Of a DNA stretch of 64,000 nucleotides, positions 1 to 13,395 are shown in pieces; positions within the stretch are counted from its first letter, which is position 1; each line of letters opens with the position of its first letter. This stretch comes from Mobula hypostoma (Eukaryota). Under the pieces are notes generated by a model, which ran no database searches, had not been told where the DNA came from, and worked only from the letters and a program-made list of their open reading frames with translations. Location of the stretch: positions 215,514,001 through 215,578,000 of the forward strand of contig NC_086097.1 in assembly GCF_963921235.1 (NCBI RefSeq). The letters are read 5' to 3'. Both the position numbers and the translations under genes were made by a program.

Positions 1-2553
1 GAAGAACTCTGTTGCTATCTGAGTCATTTTTGATGTCAGTATCCTATATGGAAAGTAACTACAAGCTCATCAGGAGTTAGTTGACCCTGTTTCTTACCTG
101 CATCCCCCCAGTTTTCAGTAAATGTATGGCTTTCATGTGAAACTATTGTGCAAGAAACTTTGGTGAAGATGACAATTTATAATGCATGTTGTACTGCACA
201 GACCATGATGTACAGTAGAAGCATCAGCTGAGAACATCAGACTATTTTGTCCAATGTAATATGCTTACTATCATTTGATCTTTTGTTTCCTTAATGAGCA
301 CATTTAACTCCAAAGTTTTAGCCAACTTTAAGTTTTATTTTGTGTATTTGCATTGATTTATGTTTTAAAAGGTACACCATATAAGATAGGCCTTTATTTA
401 TGTTAAAGGACTGCATATATGCAGTACTCTTTATTATGCTGGGCTACACTAATGTTCAGCAAGCTTCCATAAACAACTATGATATGATGATGAGAAAATC
501 AGCTTTGTGACATTGATCAAAGAATAAATAGCGTTTAGGGTTTGACGAAATGCCTCTGATCTTTTAAATAGTGCTATGGGATATTTTACTTCTATTTTAA
601 GAAGTAAACATGGTTTTGATTTAAGGATCTGAAATGCACAAAATTATGTTCATAAACAATCTGGAATATTCCTCTATCTGCTAATATTATGGAAATGCTT
701 GAGCATAATTGTTTTCATAATTTATTCGCACATTTTGCTTTTATCTTTCTTGAAGCAATCTTTTGTTATCATTCTTGAGTAGAGGCATTGCATAAATCAA
801 CATCATAAATGCTTAATAAAAAGGTATACTAATAACATTTCATGCTTTGTTAAATATAAATTCTACACTTTTACAGCAATCTGGGTATCTATACACCAAT
901 TTGCTCATTTTTAAACTGTTTTCCTATGTCATACTCTGACTTTGCTCAGGAGAATGGAGAGTACCTGTTCACATCTATGGTGCCACAATCTCTAAAGAGC
1001 TGGCCTTTAAAGTTTTGAAACATAGGATGAAGAGCATTAAAGTTTTAAGTATAATTAAATATATCTGATACCAAGTCAAAAAGTAAGTTCCAGGAAATCT
1101 AATGCATCAGTTATAGGAGACTTGTACCATATGAGAATTACTTTAAAGTCATTGTAAAGATGAAAATGCTCTAATATTTCCAACTTTCAATATGCTATTG
1201 AATGGGATTAATCATCTTGATCAAGTTTTTCTGGTCGAATCACTTATTTGTCCAGCAAAACCTAGCTTATACCAGCATGGAACTAATATCATAATTCCAC
1301 TCGTGGAACAAATTTACAACTATTTCTGCAAAATAGGTTTGCCAAATTGGTGGCATTTAAAAGGTTGAGTCCATTGATCTGAATCTGTCACTTTAAGACT
1401 TGCTGTGCTTATAACAGTCAGTAAAATGGAACAGAGAAATTGAATAGTAGCTACAACAGCCACTGAAGAGAAGTCACATGTTAAATGTAAGGATTATTTA
1501 AAGCAAGCTACTCTAAAAAAAAGTAAACGATTTAGCACGTGCTGCTTTTGTTATTCCCAAATCACATCTTGCAGATTTGCCTGGCTTCTCTGACAATATA
1601 GAGGGAGCATCCATTAATGCCTTTTGCACAGCACCCACATAATGAATAGGCAATGCTCATTCATGGCAATTATCTTGGGACATTTGGAGCTTCCCTCTGC
1701 ACAATCAGGACATTTACATAGAGCATGTCATGTTGAGGTGACAAATTTTCCAGGACAGTATTACCATCTGTCACCAACTGAGCTCTGTGGCACCCAGGGT
1801 CTTACCAAATAAGCTCGGGCCCCATGCATGATAAAAGTATTGATATTTCTGACTGTTTAATTCCCTACCTGTGTTCACCCAACATCAAGTGAGATCAAAT
1901 GAGCAACTAGCTTTGTATTAAAACAGACTAATGCAGTGAAAGGCAATCGGACCCGTGTACCTTTTTCTGTTTGCAAGAGATGACAATCATGGCTTGATAC
2001 TATGGGCACAATGCATGGAGGAACAAAGTAAATGTATGTAGCAAGAACTGGGGAAGGAATATTACAAAAAGACCAGATACCCAAGCTGAATCTGGATACC
2101 CAGTGCAATCAAATTAACAGTGGATAAGAATAAGTACCAAACTCTGGAAAATAATGCTGTGTTATAACTCTGGACCCCCTAGACAGAAATTAAGTATTTG
2201 CACATACACAGTAAAACCCACAGAATACAAGCCTTATGTTTTTTTTTATTTCCACCTATTCCAGATTTTATCATTAACATAAAAATTTGCAAATTGGTGA
2301 AAGGCACGGATAAAAGAAGACAGCTAAAGGTAAATCTACAAAGAAATTCTCTTTAGGAAAGGATACAATAGTTTTAACAAATTAGACTATCTCAACCTTA
2401 CTAGCAAAGAATCACATCTCAGTTCATCTATTTGGTTCACAACCTGAAGACATTACTCGAATATTTTGAAAAATGGTAAAGGATCGATTATCTGAAATCT
2501 CTTCATTTAAATTGGTGTAATTTCTGTCTAAAACTATATAGTGTTTTTCATAA

Positions 2554-2586
2554 ACAACAGGAATCCTGCAGATGCTGGAAATTCAA
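2554..2586 (-). mobile_element. 33-bp terminal fragment of a Penelope-like element (PLE) with a 13-bp target-site duplication
   Basis: acaacaggaatcctgcagatgctggaaattcaa matches the terminus of the PLE at 53096 (acaacaggaattctgcagatgctggaaattcaa). It is flanked by an exact direct repeat gtgtttttcataa at 2541-2553 and 2587-2599. Confidence 0.85.
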
Positions 2587-2599
2587 GTGTTTTTCATAA

Positions 2600-4430
2600 T
2601 TCGCAGTCGCTTTTTTCCCCCTCTGGTGCCATTATGACAAAGGCAACATGCGGCAGTTTATTGAAAATCCAGGAGTCCGACTTAAGGGTAACATCTTTCC
2701 ACAAATTTAACGCGGCAGCAGTAGCAGCATCCATGTTTGATTTTGCCTGCGTCACTTCATTTGTAGCTGAACGGTGCATCCAAAGTCTGTAACACTCTTA
2801 TGTAAAGGTTGGGACGCGTCAGATCGGATATGATTTATGGCATAAACATGGACGTATTGTAATATTCTCACTGAGCAGCACTCCCGGAATATTAACTATT
2901 ACTGTTTCACAAATACACATTTGTGGAGATGACGATGGAGGGGAGGTAAGGGTGGTGGTACTTTCAGCATTCAAAGAGCAGATTAGCATTACAACTCCGC
3001 CCAGAATTGATAGAATTCCCTGTGAGAGGTCACGGGGGAAATAGCACCTCTCTTCTGTCCCATAAAATTAATGGTTGAAAATCAGAGCCCTCGGTCGCAG
3101 CATCCTCCAAGGGCCCTCAGAGCTCTGTTTAATATGCAACAATATCAGCTAGCACTAATTTAGTGAAATTGGAAGATGAATGCTCACAATAAGACTAAAT
3201 CCAGAGCAGACAGGAACGATATATTAAAAGAGAGGCTGTGCAAATATAAAGATCGCAAATGCTCAGCAATATCTCGAATTCCTTCAATGTGGCATAAAAG
3301 CTGTACTTTTGCTTCCCTTTCTCCCTTCGTAATGGGAGCCCATCCCCCAGATATTTGGCGCAGCCCCAGCAGATTAATGCCGTGCAGCCTGAACGCGTGG
3401 CCGGAGAGAAATTAATCAAAAATCAACAGCCCACAGGATTAATTTAGTAGGTAAATTCCTGTCATCACATAATCATCAGCAATGTAATATTTGACTTTCA
3501 TCAAATCAGCTTCAACCAAAGCAGCCAGGGATAATAACGGAACTAAGAAACAGCTGTTGTCCACCTCCCCCAACGGGCTCGGAAGGAGCGTCAAGTCTCC
3601 CAGTGACCCGCTGAAACGAACATTTCAATGCAAACGCGGGAGGGCTTTTTTTCACCCCTCCAGCACCATTTCCCCTTTTTTTACACACGCGTCACTTGCA
3701 CAGCACAAATGTACCGGACTTCGTTCTACTTTAAGTAACAACTTTTAGGCGGCTCTTAAAGCAGCTCATTCTATATCTGAAAGTGTTTCCCGGGCAGAAT
3801 CACAACTAGGATCTATTTTCCATTAACCTCTTGAAAATGATTGTGGTTAGAGGGAAAGAGGCAGCAAGATCAGAAGTAAATCTGTAGGTTTAGTATTTCA
3901 TGTTTGGTGCCGTTTGGTTCCAATTTTTTTCCCCTTTGTAGCCTGCTGCTTTGTATCTGGTAAAACTCAAGCTGGCCATTGACTGAATGTTAATACTTAC
4001 AATAAATGGCGAACATTTGGAAAAGAAACGCGGATGCAATAAAAATCATATTGTTTTCGATTTTAAAACATGGTTGCATTTTTGTCTTATGGTTAACTAT
4101 TGCTTTTGATGCTGAAATTTGCAGTGTAAGGATATATTTGGTCGAGCACCCGTCTTCGAGGCGAAACTCAACCTTTTTTGAATCTTTTGAGTGAACTTAG
4201 TCTTGTATAAACCGACAGTTTCTACATAAAAAGCATGAGAACTGCGGTTGTGGGTGTTAGTGATTGTCAATTAAAGAGACATCACCCAGCTTCTAACATG
4301 GTTGACTTCATACCGCCACCTGAAATTTCAGTTGTGCATCCTATAATCAGAACGCGTACTCTAATGCTACTACATTATGGAAGAAAGCAACGTTTTAATT
4401 GTAATATGTTGAATTTTCAAATATTTTAAA
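2600..4430. promoter_or_regulatory. CpG-retaining, TE-free putative enhancer/promoter block
   Basis: Visibly more CpG than the flanks. Four GCGTCA (CRE half-site-like) motifs at 2749, 2816, 3588 and 3689, and clustered TAAT/ATTA sites at about 3370-3450. No coding signal. Function is inferred. Confidence 0.5.
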
Positions 4431-5680
4431 AGATCAATCACCTTCACATTTAATTTGAAAAATTTGTATTGTGCACCTTGAAAACCAGAATTCCTCTGTT
4501 AACCATGTTTTTTTGACTACAGAGCAAAACTACAAAAAATCTTAAACACAGATAAATTGTAATAGTCCTTTTGGTTGTTTTGCTTAAATACATTGTACAA
4601 TTGCTGAAATTAAATGTAATCAGCACACTGTTCCATTAAATATATCTTACTCCCTTCACAAGGTTCTATTGCATTTGTTAATGTAATTATATTACCGTGG
4701 AATAATTATTTGGGGCCCCAAGGAGAACAGTGAATAGGCAGCATCACACAAGTGCACTCATTAATGCCACTGTCGTCCTTGAAGATTATATGTATAATCT
4801 CAGATCTGGGGAAGCCCTGGGTGTACAAATATAAATGTTATATATTTGCACTTGATCTCTTTTGTCATGGTAGGGAAGGAAATTCAACATTAGTAACAGA
4901 GCAAGGTGAATTGGGCCAGGTTTAATGTGGAAAAGCAGGTTAACATCAGCAAGTTCTGTCTTGCCTTTAACTTGCAGTCAGTCGGATGGGAACACTTCTC
5001 AAATACCAGGCCCTACCAGGTTTATTCTAAATTAAATTTTGCAGAATATCCAAGTCTATTACAGGAAAATAGGATGAACTAAGATCTCAGCATGGCTATC
5101 ACTCACTTTTATTGAGTCTTTTTGACCAGTCTTTCTTAGCTTCATGTGCACCTGTCGATAAACTGCAATTCATTGTTAGACTTGTGTTGACAAATTGGTG
5201 CACATTAGCACTCACAGTAGCTACCCAAAGCTGTGGCACTGGAGATCAGTGGTTCTTCATTTCTCTTCTTCCCCCATAAACACAGTGCAATTAAACAGAT
5301 TCATCACAAAAGCAAGCTATACAGAGGATCTAACATCACCACATTACTTTTCAGAAAGAAAATCAGACGATTATTTTGCTGTTCTGCTTAGAAACTGCTG
5401 CCTTTCTTCTACCAAACATATAATGTTGTCAAACTTTCCAAAACGTCTTTGAGAATTTAGACAAGTCCACAGATTGGTAGGTTAAAAAGAAGTGTGTGCA
5501 GAACAAAAATATTTCTGGCTGTGTTTAGAAAGTTTAAACAAAGCAGAAACATGCTTTCAGATTATTAACATTTCATCAGTGACATTTTAAATGGTTTGTG
5601 CGCATTAGAAAGAGGGCAGAGCAATATCTTGTGTGGTGGTCAAGCTGACGCTGGTTCCCTTGCAATGTAACCTAACTAAC

Positions 5681-5843
5681 CTGCATCTGTGTGACTCAAC
5701 CGGTGAAGCCTGGGGAAGAAAACTAACAGGTTGGTCTAATCCTGAAAATGTGCACCTCTGTCTGCTGATGATGAATACTGGCCTATGAGTTCTGCTGTTC
5801 TGATGTCCTTGGTGATCAAAACGGGAGGTCTGCAATGATGGAT
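5681..5843 (-). other. Candidate spliced exon (unknown gene or lncRNA)
   Basis: On the minus strand a strong acceptor tttcttattctcttctctttcAG and a donor CAG|GTTAGT bound 163 nt with one open frame. The peptide is not recognised. Confidence 0.3.
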
Positions 5844-6999
5844 CTGAAAGAGAAGAGAATAAGAAATTAATGCAGTCCATTCTTTGAGGTTCTCTTTTAG
5901 TAAATACCATAAAATAAAATTTACTTACAGAAATGTGCGGTAGGCATACAGTGCTTTATAATAGATAAAAGGTCACAATGTGCATTTGACCTTGGCTACG
6001 CCAGAGACACATTGACAGGAAAATTGGTTTAACAAGAGTTTCTATCATAGCCCCACCTTTATATCACAGTGTTCCTCCCCTTTCTTTACGCTGAAATATT
6101 GAAAGTGCTTTGATTGTACACTGTTTATTTTCATACCTTCTGTCTTCAGTTTATTTTTAATTTTTGCTATTAACTTCTGGTCTCAGTTTAGTATTATACA
6201 TTTCTTGCCTTCCACCTGATCTGAGACAAATAAATTACACACAGTGCTGAAGAAGGACTAGGCCTTGAACTGCACGAACATAACAAGGTCTGAACAGAAT
6301 GATCGGCCTAATTTTCACAAAGGTGTACATTTGTCCTTAACGCTATCTTTGATGGGTAACACTTACTGTCATCAGATTCGTTTTTAGAAATGTCTGAAAA
6401 ATCTGTACTTCTTGCTGAATAATGTATAAATTTCTGCTGAATGATGCAGGAACATTCCCATTGCTCTTAAATAGCAAGGAAAGACTGTTGTCAAATAGAA
6501 TGAGGACAAAGACATCCAACAGAATAGAAGAACATGAGAGTTGATTTAAGAGCATATGAATTATTTAATTTTGGGGGTACATATAAACAGCACCGGATAA
6601 ATCTTTTCAATAAGAAAATTACATGTATGGGGTGGTAGATTATTTTCAATAAAAGCAGACCAATTAGTGGATTGGCCCTCACAGGAGATGATACCTCTTT
6701 TTTGAATGAGCGGTTCAAGTAATAGATTCTCATGCAGCCTCAACTGACATAGTAGATCTGCTAAGATGTGAATGACACTCTGAATTTTTGCGAGTCAGGG
6801 ACTGTAACCATTTTCAGTTATTGGTTACATGAGCTTGCTATAACTCCTTTGTATGTTTTCACTTTAGTACACTTCCACCAGTTAAATTGTCAACAAATTC
6901 CACACCTTCACGATAAGATCCAAGAGCAAGACCAGAGGAAAGTGCTGTTTATGAACGACATAGAAGAGAAAGCTAAAAAAAAAGTCTTCAAGGCATAAA

Positions 7000-7785
7000 G
7001 ACACAATATAATTTACCTATAATTTAAACTAAAGCTCTGGGGTGGATGTAAAGAGATTTGAGAGTAAATGAAGTAAAACAAAGTCTGGTAGTTGGAATAG
7101 AATGAGTGAAAATATGAAAGTATCTTGCTGCTAACAAGATAAGATATCATAAATATAACATTTCAAAAATGTCGCTAAATAGAATTCTTTAATACAATTA
7201 TAGAAATGTAATAAGGAAGATAATTAGGAAAGTAAATTTTCATGTCAGGCTTACTATAAAGTGATCGGAGTAAAATTAGTGAAGTCCTTCTGCCACAATA
7301 AATGTTGTTGATGAGACTTCACATGGATTTCCATGTATTGTTTTGTCTTCTATCCTAGAAACACCATACTTATTGTAAAGGGATCACAAGAGAAATTCAA
7401 TAAAATTACTTTTAGGATGAGAGGTGTTCTCATTAAAACTCGAAGTTCCTAAGGAGCTTGACAGTGTAGACACGGCATGCGGGGGTGGGGGGGTCTCCTC
7501 TTCATGGTTCACTGAAGAGTAGAATCATGAATTGAAGTCTTTTTTTTAAAGGGTGTTGGCCATTTACCTCTGAATTGCAAAGAAATGCCTTTGTTCAAAT
7601 GATTTTCAATGTTTAAATTCTCTACTGCCATGCACCATGGATACTGAGGGAATTAATGGAATGAAGGGACATGTCTGGAAAGGTGGTGTTGAAGAAAACA
7701 ATAAGCTAAGATATTATTGATTGGTTCAGCAGACTCAAAAGGGCCGAATGGGCCTCCTTTTGCTTCTATTTCTTATACTTTCTAG
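7000..7785 (+). mobile_element. Highly degenerate CR1 LINE 3' part
   Basis: Ends in the CR1 3' UTR motif gcagactcaaaagggccgaatgggcctcc...ttcttat, as in the young copy at about 33480-33540. Upstream sequence resembles decayed ORF2. Confidence 0.65.
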
Positions 7786-8329
7786 GCACAAAGTGTCTTT
7801 TTTTTTCAAAGTTGTGAGGGCATGGTGAATTGTTGATGGTGGTGGGCCATGTGAGGAGTCCAACGTGATTGATTATGCCACACATTACTCACTATCATTG
7901 GGTGTAAAATCTGTTAGCCTTCCCATCATGGAAAAAAACAGGCCTTTGGTTTCTGATACTAGCTGTATCTTTAAAGCTGCTGTGTTTCATATAATGAAAA
8001 ACAACAAGAAATCATCCATACCATCTCAATCAATGCATAATTTCACACATATTACAGTACATAACGATGCACTCAAGTATGTAAATAAACATAATTTTTA
8101 TTATTATTCATTTATTATTATTCTAGTTTAGTGATGCTGCCTTTACCATTGACTGATAGTTTAAAAGATATCCAATAATATATTCATATCTAACTTTATA
8201 CTATTTTTTCCTTCAAGTTTAACAGCCCTTTTATAAAAGTGAACGATCTACATATTTTCAATCAAAGTGTTTCCAGAAAAGGGTGCTCCTGTCAGAAATG
8301 TTCTGAGATGTGAAACTTACGCAGCCATT

Positions 8330-8615
8330 CCAAGTTCAAAGGTCAGAATAAATTTATTATCAAAGTACTTAGCCCCCCAGCTCCACTCACTTTATACCTA
8401 TGACTGTGTGGCTAAGTACAACTCCAATGCCATATTTAAGTTTGTCATTGACCGAATCAAAGGCACTGGCATATCTATATATCAGAGGGAGATTGAAAAT
8501 CTGCTTGAATAGGTCCACAACAACGACCTCTCACTCAACATCAGCAAAACCAAATGGCTGATTTTTTGACTACGGGAAGAAGAAACTGGGTGTCCATGAG
8601 CTGGCCTCTGATTTC
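8330..8615 (+). mobile_element. Rex1/Babar-type LINE RT fragment
   Basis: Translates to YTYDCVAKYNSNAIFKF and a following NDLSLNISKTK segment, the same RT region as at 59046-59414. Confidence 0.7.
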
Positions 8616-9479
8616 TCATTACCTTTAATAAAATGTGCACATGTCTGAATAATATTTTTGTCATACTAAAATGACTTTTATGGCTGCTCAAAGGCATCAG
8701 TACAAAGAATGGTTCACTTTAAGTTATCTGCACTTTGTGTAGTATTATTAGCACTTGTTACTGTGCTGTTTCATCATATATGTTTGGATATGGTCTAAGT
8801 AGAGATAGATGGTAGATCTTTGCCAATTTTACATTTAAACATACAAACTGAGCTTACAATAAATATATTGTATTCCCAGGACCAATTGCAGTACTTCCAA
8901 ATGTGGTAGGCAATTAGAATTGCAATATGCCCTGTGTAAAATCAAGCCTTATACCACCTGTCCTGGCATTATGCCCATAAAATACTTTTCCCATGTCAGT
9001 AAGGCAGTGTCATAATTGAGAATAAATGGCACCATGAAGAATACTTTTTCCATAATGGTGTCACTTGAGTCAGTACACAATCTATGCATCAATTTAGCTT
9101 CAATTTAAAATTAAAATGTACATCTAACTCTTATTATTTTTCATTTGAATTATTTAATTGAAATATGGCATAAACAGAACACATGTTCCATAGCTCATTT
9201 GTGATTTTTGACCATAACTTGCTGTCCATGGGTCCTTAGCTCAGACTGCTAATGATGCCTATACAACACTGCCTCATTATATGACTTCCAAAATCCTTTA
9301 GACAAAAAAATAACAAATGAAATTAAAAAGAACTTACTCAAGGTAATACTTTGTGTTTCAGTGCCAAGTTGCCCTAAATTAGTTGTTTGGTATTGCTTCA
9401 TTAACCCTTACTTTATAAATTCTTAATTAAGTAGAAATTAATCCATCTATTTATACCACCTTTCAGTCCTAGAACTATT

Positions 9480-9870
9480 TAAACTGACATTGACTATCAC
9501 AGGCAAATTATGCAATATAATAATGAAATTAATCCTGAGACATTTTTCTTAATTTTGCCTTGAAACTAAATTTTGTTTTGAATGTTGTTGTTATCTATAA
9601 CAACCACAGCCAATACCCATGCCTCACAGGCTCCAATGAGTGGTGCTCGTCTCTGAACAAAACAGCTGACTTTCTTGCCACGCATGTTTCTTATCAGATA
9701 ATTTCTCATCAGCTAATCAATAATGCAACAGCAAATTGCATTTAAATAAACATTAGCAACCCTGTTAATGAACAAAAGCCATCTGCAATTTGTCAAAGTC
9801 AGGAGCTCTGAACTCATTTGATGTTTATTTGAATACAGCAGGATGGGCCTTTGATAGGATTTATCTATAT
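9480..9870. promoter_or_regulatory. Putative conserved non-coding element
   Basis: Non-repetitive block rich in TAAT, ATTATGCAAT and AACAAA motifs, with a palindromic double GATA site TTATCAGATAA at 9691-9701. Conservation not tested. Confidence 0.3.
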
Positions 9871-10498
9871 CATAATTTGCATTTTAAAAAGTAATGGAAT
9901 ACATATATTCCAAATAATATATGCTTGAACTGTGTTTTCATAAAAATCAATTTGAATATAACATATTTTATTTCCTGTTAATGATTCAAAGAAAAAATAA
10001 TTCAATGGATAGATTTGAAAACATGCAATATAGCTATAGCAGGAAGGGAGTTTATTATTCCAAGAACTTGTATGTGAATAAAAGAAAAATAGGGAGCATG
10101 TTCTCAAGTAGCTGATGGACAAAATGTCCCACACTCTATTATTGCCTCAACTTAGTCATGTTATATTACTCTGTATATTATATAGTAATACTCTGAAAGG
10201 TCTACACCTCAGTATTATTACAGCATATATCTGAATTCTTATTATTTAAATCTTTTACCTTTTATGGAATTTAATAACTGTTACTGTATCTGCAATTTTA
10301 TACAACATTCAAATTAAAAGAAATCCTTTATAAGAATGTGTACGGAGAATAAAATGGATCCTGTTTGTGTGGAGTTTATCATAATTTTTTCCAGTTATAC
10401 TCAGAAAATATATTGTATCTTTATTATTGCACATGAACTAATTGTAATTTTGGAAGGACACTGAATGAAATTAAATCATCACATGAGGAGAAGTTTTA

Positions 10499-10630
10499 CA
10501 GAATCATAGAATCATGGAAATTTACAGCACATTACAGGCCCTTCGGCCCACAATGTTGAGCCAACCATGTAACCAACTCTAGAGACTGCCTAGAATTACC
10601 CTACTGCATAGCCCTCTATTTTTCTAACAT
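10499..10630 (-). mobile_element. CR1 LINE 3' tail fragment
   Basis: catagaatcatggaaatttacagcacattacaggcccttcggcccacaatg...gccctctatttttc matches the CR1 3' ends at 46291 and 50847. Confidence 0.8.
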
Positions 10631-10694
10631 GCGTGCATTTTTCATAAAAGTATGACAAGAGAGAATGCATAAGGGAAGTGATTTTGTTGAAATG

Positions 10695-11105
10695 ATAAAC
10701 AAAAAAAATCTGCAGATGATGGAAATCCAAGCAACATACACAGTCAACACTTCTCCAGTCCTGATGAAGAGTCTCAGACCAAAATGTTGACTGTTTACAC
10801 TTTTCCATAGATGCTGCCTGGCCTGCTGAGTTCCTCCAGCATTTTGTGTGTGTTGCTTGGATTTTCAGCAACCTCACATCACAGCACTAAGCAGTATTGC
10901 ACCCATATTGTACTGTCTCAGTACTTTTATATTTGTGTGCTGCAGCACTTACTTTTTATTCACAGTTATTTTGTAAATAACACTATTCTTTGCATTTCTG
11001 GTTAGATGCTAACTGCATTTCATTGGCTTTGTATCTGTACTTGGCACAATGACAATAAAGTTGAATCTAATCTAAAAAAAATCTGCAGATTTTCTCTTGT
11101 TTGTC
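10695..11105. mobile_element. Penelope-like element with inverted termini and a degenerate hammerhead, split by a Rex-type 3' fragment (about 10871-11075)
   Basis: Left arm aatctgcagatgatggaaatccaagcaac is the inverse of right arm gttgcttggattttcagca[insert]tctgcagattttctcttgtt. Motif cagtcCTGATGA...AAAAtgttgactg at 10756-10793. The insert ends aataaagttgaatctaatct. Confidence 0.8.
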
Positions 11106-11325
11106 ATGTGCTCGTATTCTTTTCAGAGGGGTTCAAAGGCAGCATACTTAGCTAATATTACAATGCATTTTTGACTCAGAAATAATTGAAAAGTAAATAT
11201 AATTACCTTCAGAAAATGTTGTTAACTCTTTTAGTAATTATGTTTCAGTCATTTGCTCACTGATTTAAGTTCTTTGAGAAAAAATTACTAGGATATTTCA
11301 TATCCTTCACTGTTATTCATTAGTA

Positions 11326-11610
11326 GCAAAGATGGTAACATAGCAGTTAGCTCAGTGCCATGACAACTCAGGAGGTCAAAGTTCGTGATTCAGTTCCAGC
11401 GTTGTTGTAAGAAGTTTGTACGTCCTTCCCCTGAGCGCAATGGATTTCCTCCGGGTGCTCCGGTTTCCTCCTACGGTCCAAAGGTGAACTGGTTAATTGT
11501 TCATTGTAATTTGTCCTGTGACTAATCTAGGGTTAAATAGGTGGGCTGTTGGGCAATGTGGCTCATTGGGTCAGAAAGGCCTGTTCCATGCTGTATCTCT
11601 AAATAAAATA
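11326..11610 (+). mobile_element. tRNA-derived V-SINE (HE1-like)
   Basis: Decayed A/B boxes, V-domain tttcctccgggtgctccggtttcctcctacggtccaaag, and a CR1-like tail gaaaggcctgttccatgctgtatctctaaataaaa. Confidence 0.8.
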
Positions 11611-13395
11611 GTGAGTGAGGGGCTTTGGTAAGTGAGTTACAATTGTTATATTACGATTCTAGAAATTTTCAGATGGTTGTCAGAATAAGAGACTAATTCA
11701 AAAATTGCTGAAAAAGTATAATTACATGAGTAAAATAAGAGAAAAAGAGAGTGCAGTAGCAAACGAGTCTCTGCTTTAATTGGGTGAAAAGACTAATGAT
11801 AACACAAATTCCACCAGCCATGCAGGATGTAACATACTTGCATGTAATTGGAATATAAATATAAAGCTGGGCCAAAAAATATTCACTTAACAGGAATTGA
11901 CAGCTAAGCATATTTGTTAATGTTCGGTAGACTTTTAAAAAAATTATTGTTGATTGAACATCAGAAAATGTAATAAATATATTTAACATGTGAAAGTTAG
12001 GCAGACTCAAGAAATTATTCAAACTGCACCAAAGTTAACCAGAGTGTTGGCCTAAATTATCATAAACCGCTCATAATCATACCCTATGTTCATTATATTC
12101 CATTTATTTGCAATGAATTGAGTTTAGTTTTGTTATTCTATGAGCAGCATGACACATCAATTTAGTTCAGTAACAATTGCCTGTCAAATTACTTATGCAT
12201 TTGTTGTATAAGATAACTTTTTTACATCTTGAAGATGAATACAAGAATAACTATTAATTGAATCAATGCCAGTGATGCAGGATTTTTCTCTGACATACAT
12301 ACTTATATAATGAATGTAGAATATGAATTAAATTCTAAGAAATCAATGTAAATGGAGAAAACAATGATGCTAATATCTCCAACACGTCAAACCTTAGTTT
12401 CCTCTTTATATAAGAACAAAATACATATTGACCACCCAGTCCTTTCAATCTCCATTGCTAGTCATTAAAATCACAACAGCTTAGATCATAAGCCACCATT
12501 CATTACCCTGCTTCATCCCAATAACTCTTTATTTTAGCTGGACTAAAATTCATCTCCATTACTCTTGAACAAGAGCAAGGGCTGCAAAGAGAACAATGTT
12601 GATTGTACCAGTGATGCCTCCTTCCCTCGTGCTCTAAATAACCTCTATGCACACTTCGAGGCATGCAACACAATGCCAGTCACGAGAGGTACCTCCCTCC
12701 CAGATGAGCAGCCATTGTCTGTAACAGCAGCAGATGTGAGGAGGACTCTGCAGAGACTCAACCCCCATAAGCAGCCGAGCCAGACAACATCCCAGGTCGA
12801 GTACTCAGGGGGTGTGCACACCAGCTCACTGATACTTTCATGGACATCTTCAACACTTTACTCATCCAGGCTGCTGTCCCCACAAGTTTCAAATCAGCCA
12901 CCATCATCCCTGTACCAAAGAACTCTGCACCTTCAGAAGGAAATGACTACTGTCCAGTGGCACTGACGCCAATCATCATAAAATGATTTGAATGGCCGAT
13001 AATAGCACATACCAAAACTCCATTCCTGCCACACTGGACACACCAATATGCTTACCAACAGAACCGCTCTACGATAGAAAGCGTATCATCTGCCACACAC
13101 CTGGTCCAGAAAACAAGGGCACATGTCAGACTGCTGATCTGGAGTACATTTCAGCATTCAACAATATTGTCCCACAGACTTTGGTGAAGAAACTCCTACT
13201 CCTTGGTCTAAATATACCACTGTGCAATGGGGGTGTTGGATTTTCTAACTGACAGAATTCAGGCAGTCAGGATGTGCAACTGCTCCTCCTCCCCATCGTC
13301 CTCAGCACAGGTGCCTCCTCAGCGCAGTATACTGAGCCCATTGCTGTACACTCCGCTCATACATGACTGCATGGCCAAACATACAAGCAATCACA

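Noticed and set aside
6244..6276. Additional hammerhead-like motif gtg-CTGAAGA-aggactaggcctt-GAAC
   Set aside because: The GAAA box and NUH triplet are missing and the PLE context is unclear. At best it is a very old remnant.
1624..12022. Short ORFs in the supplied track as host proteins
   Set aside because: They are 60-110 aa, many have non-ATG starts, none has a recognisable domain, and this number is expected by chance.
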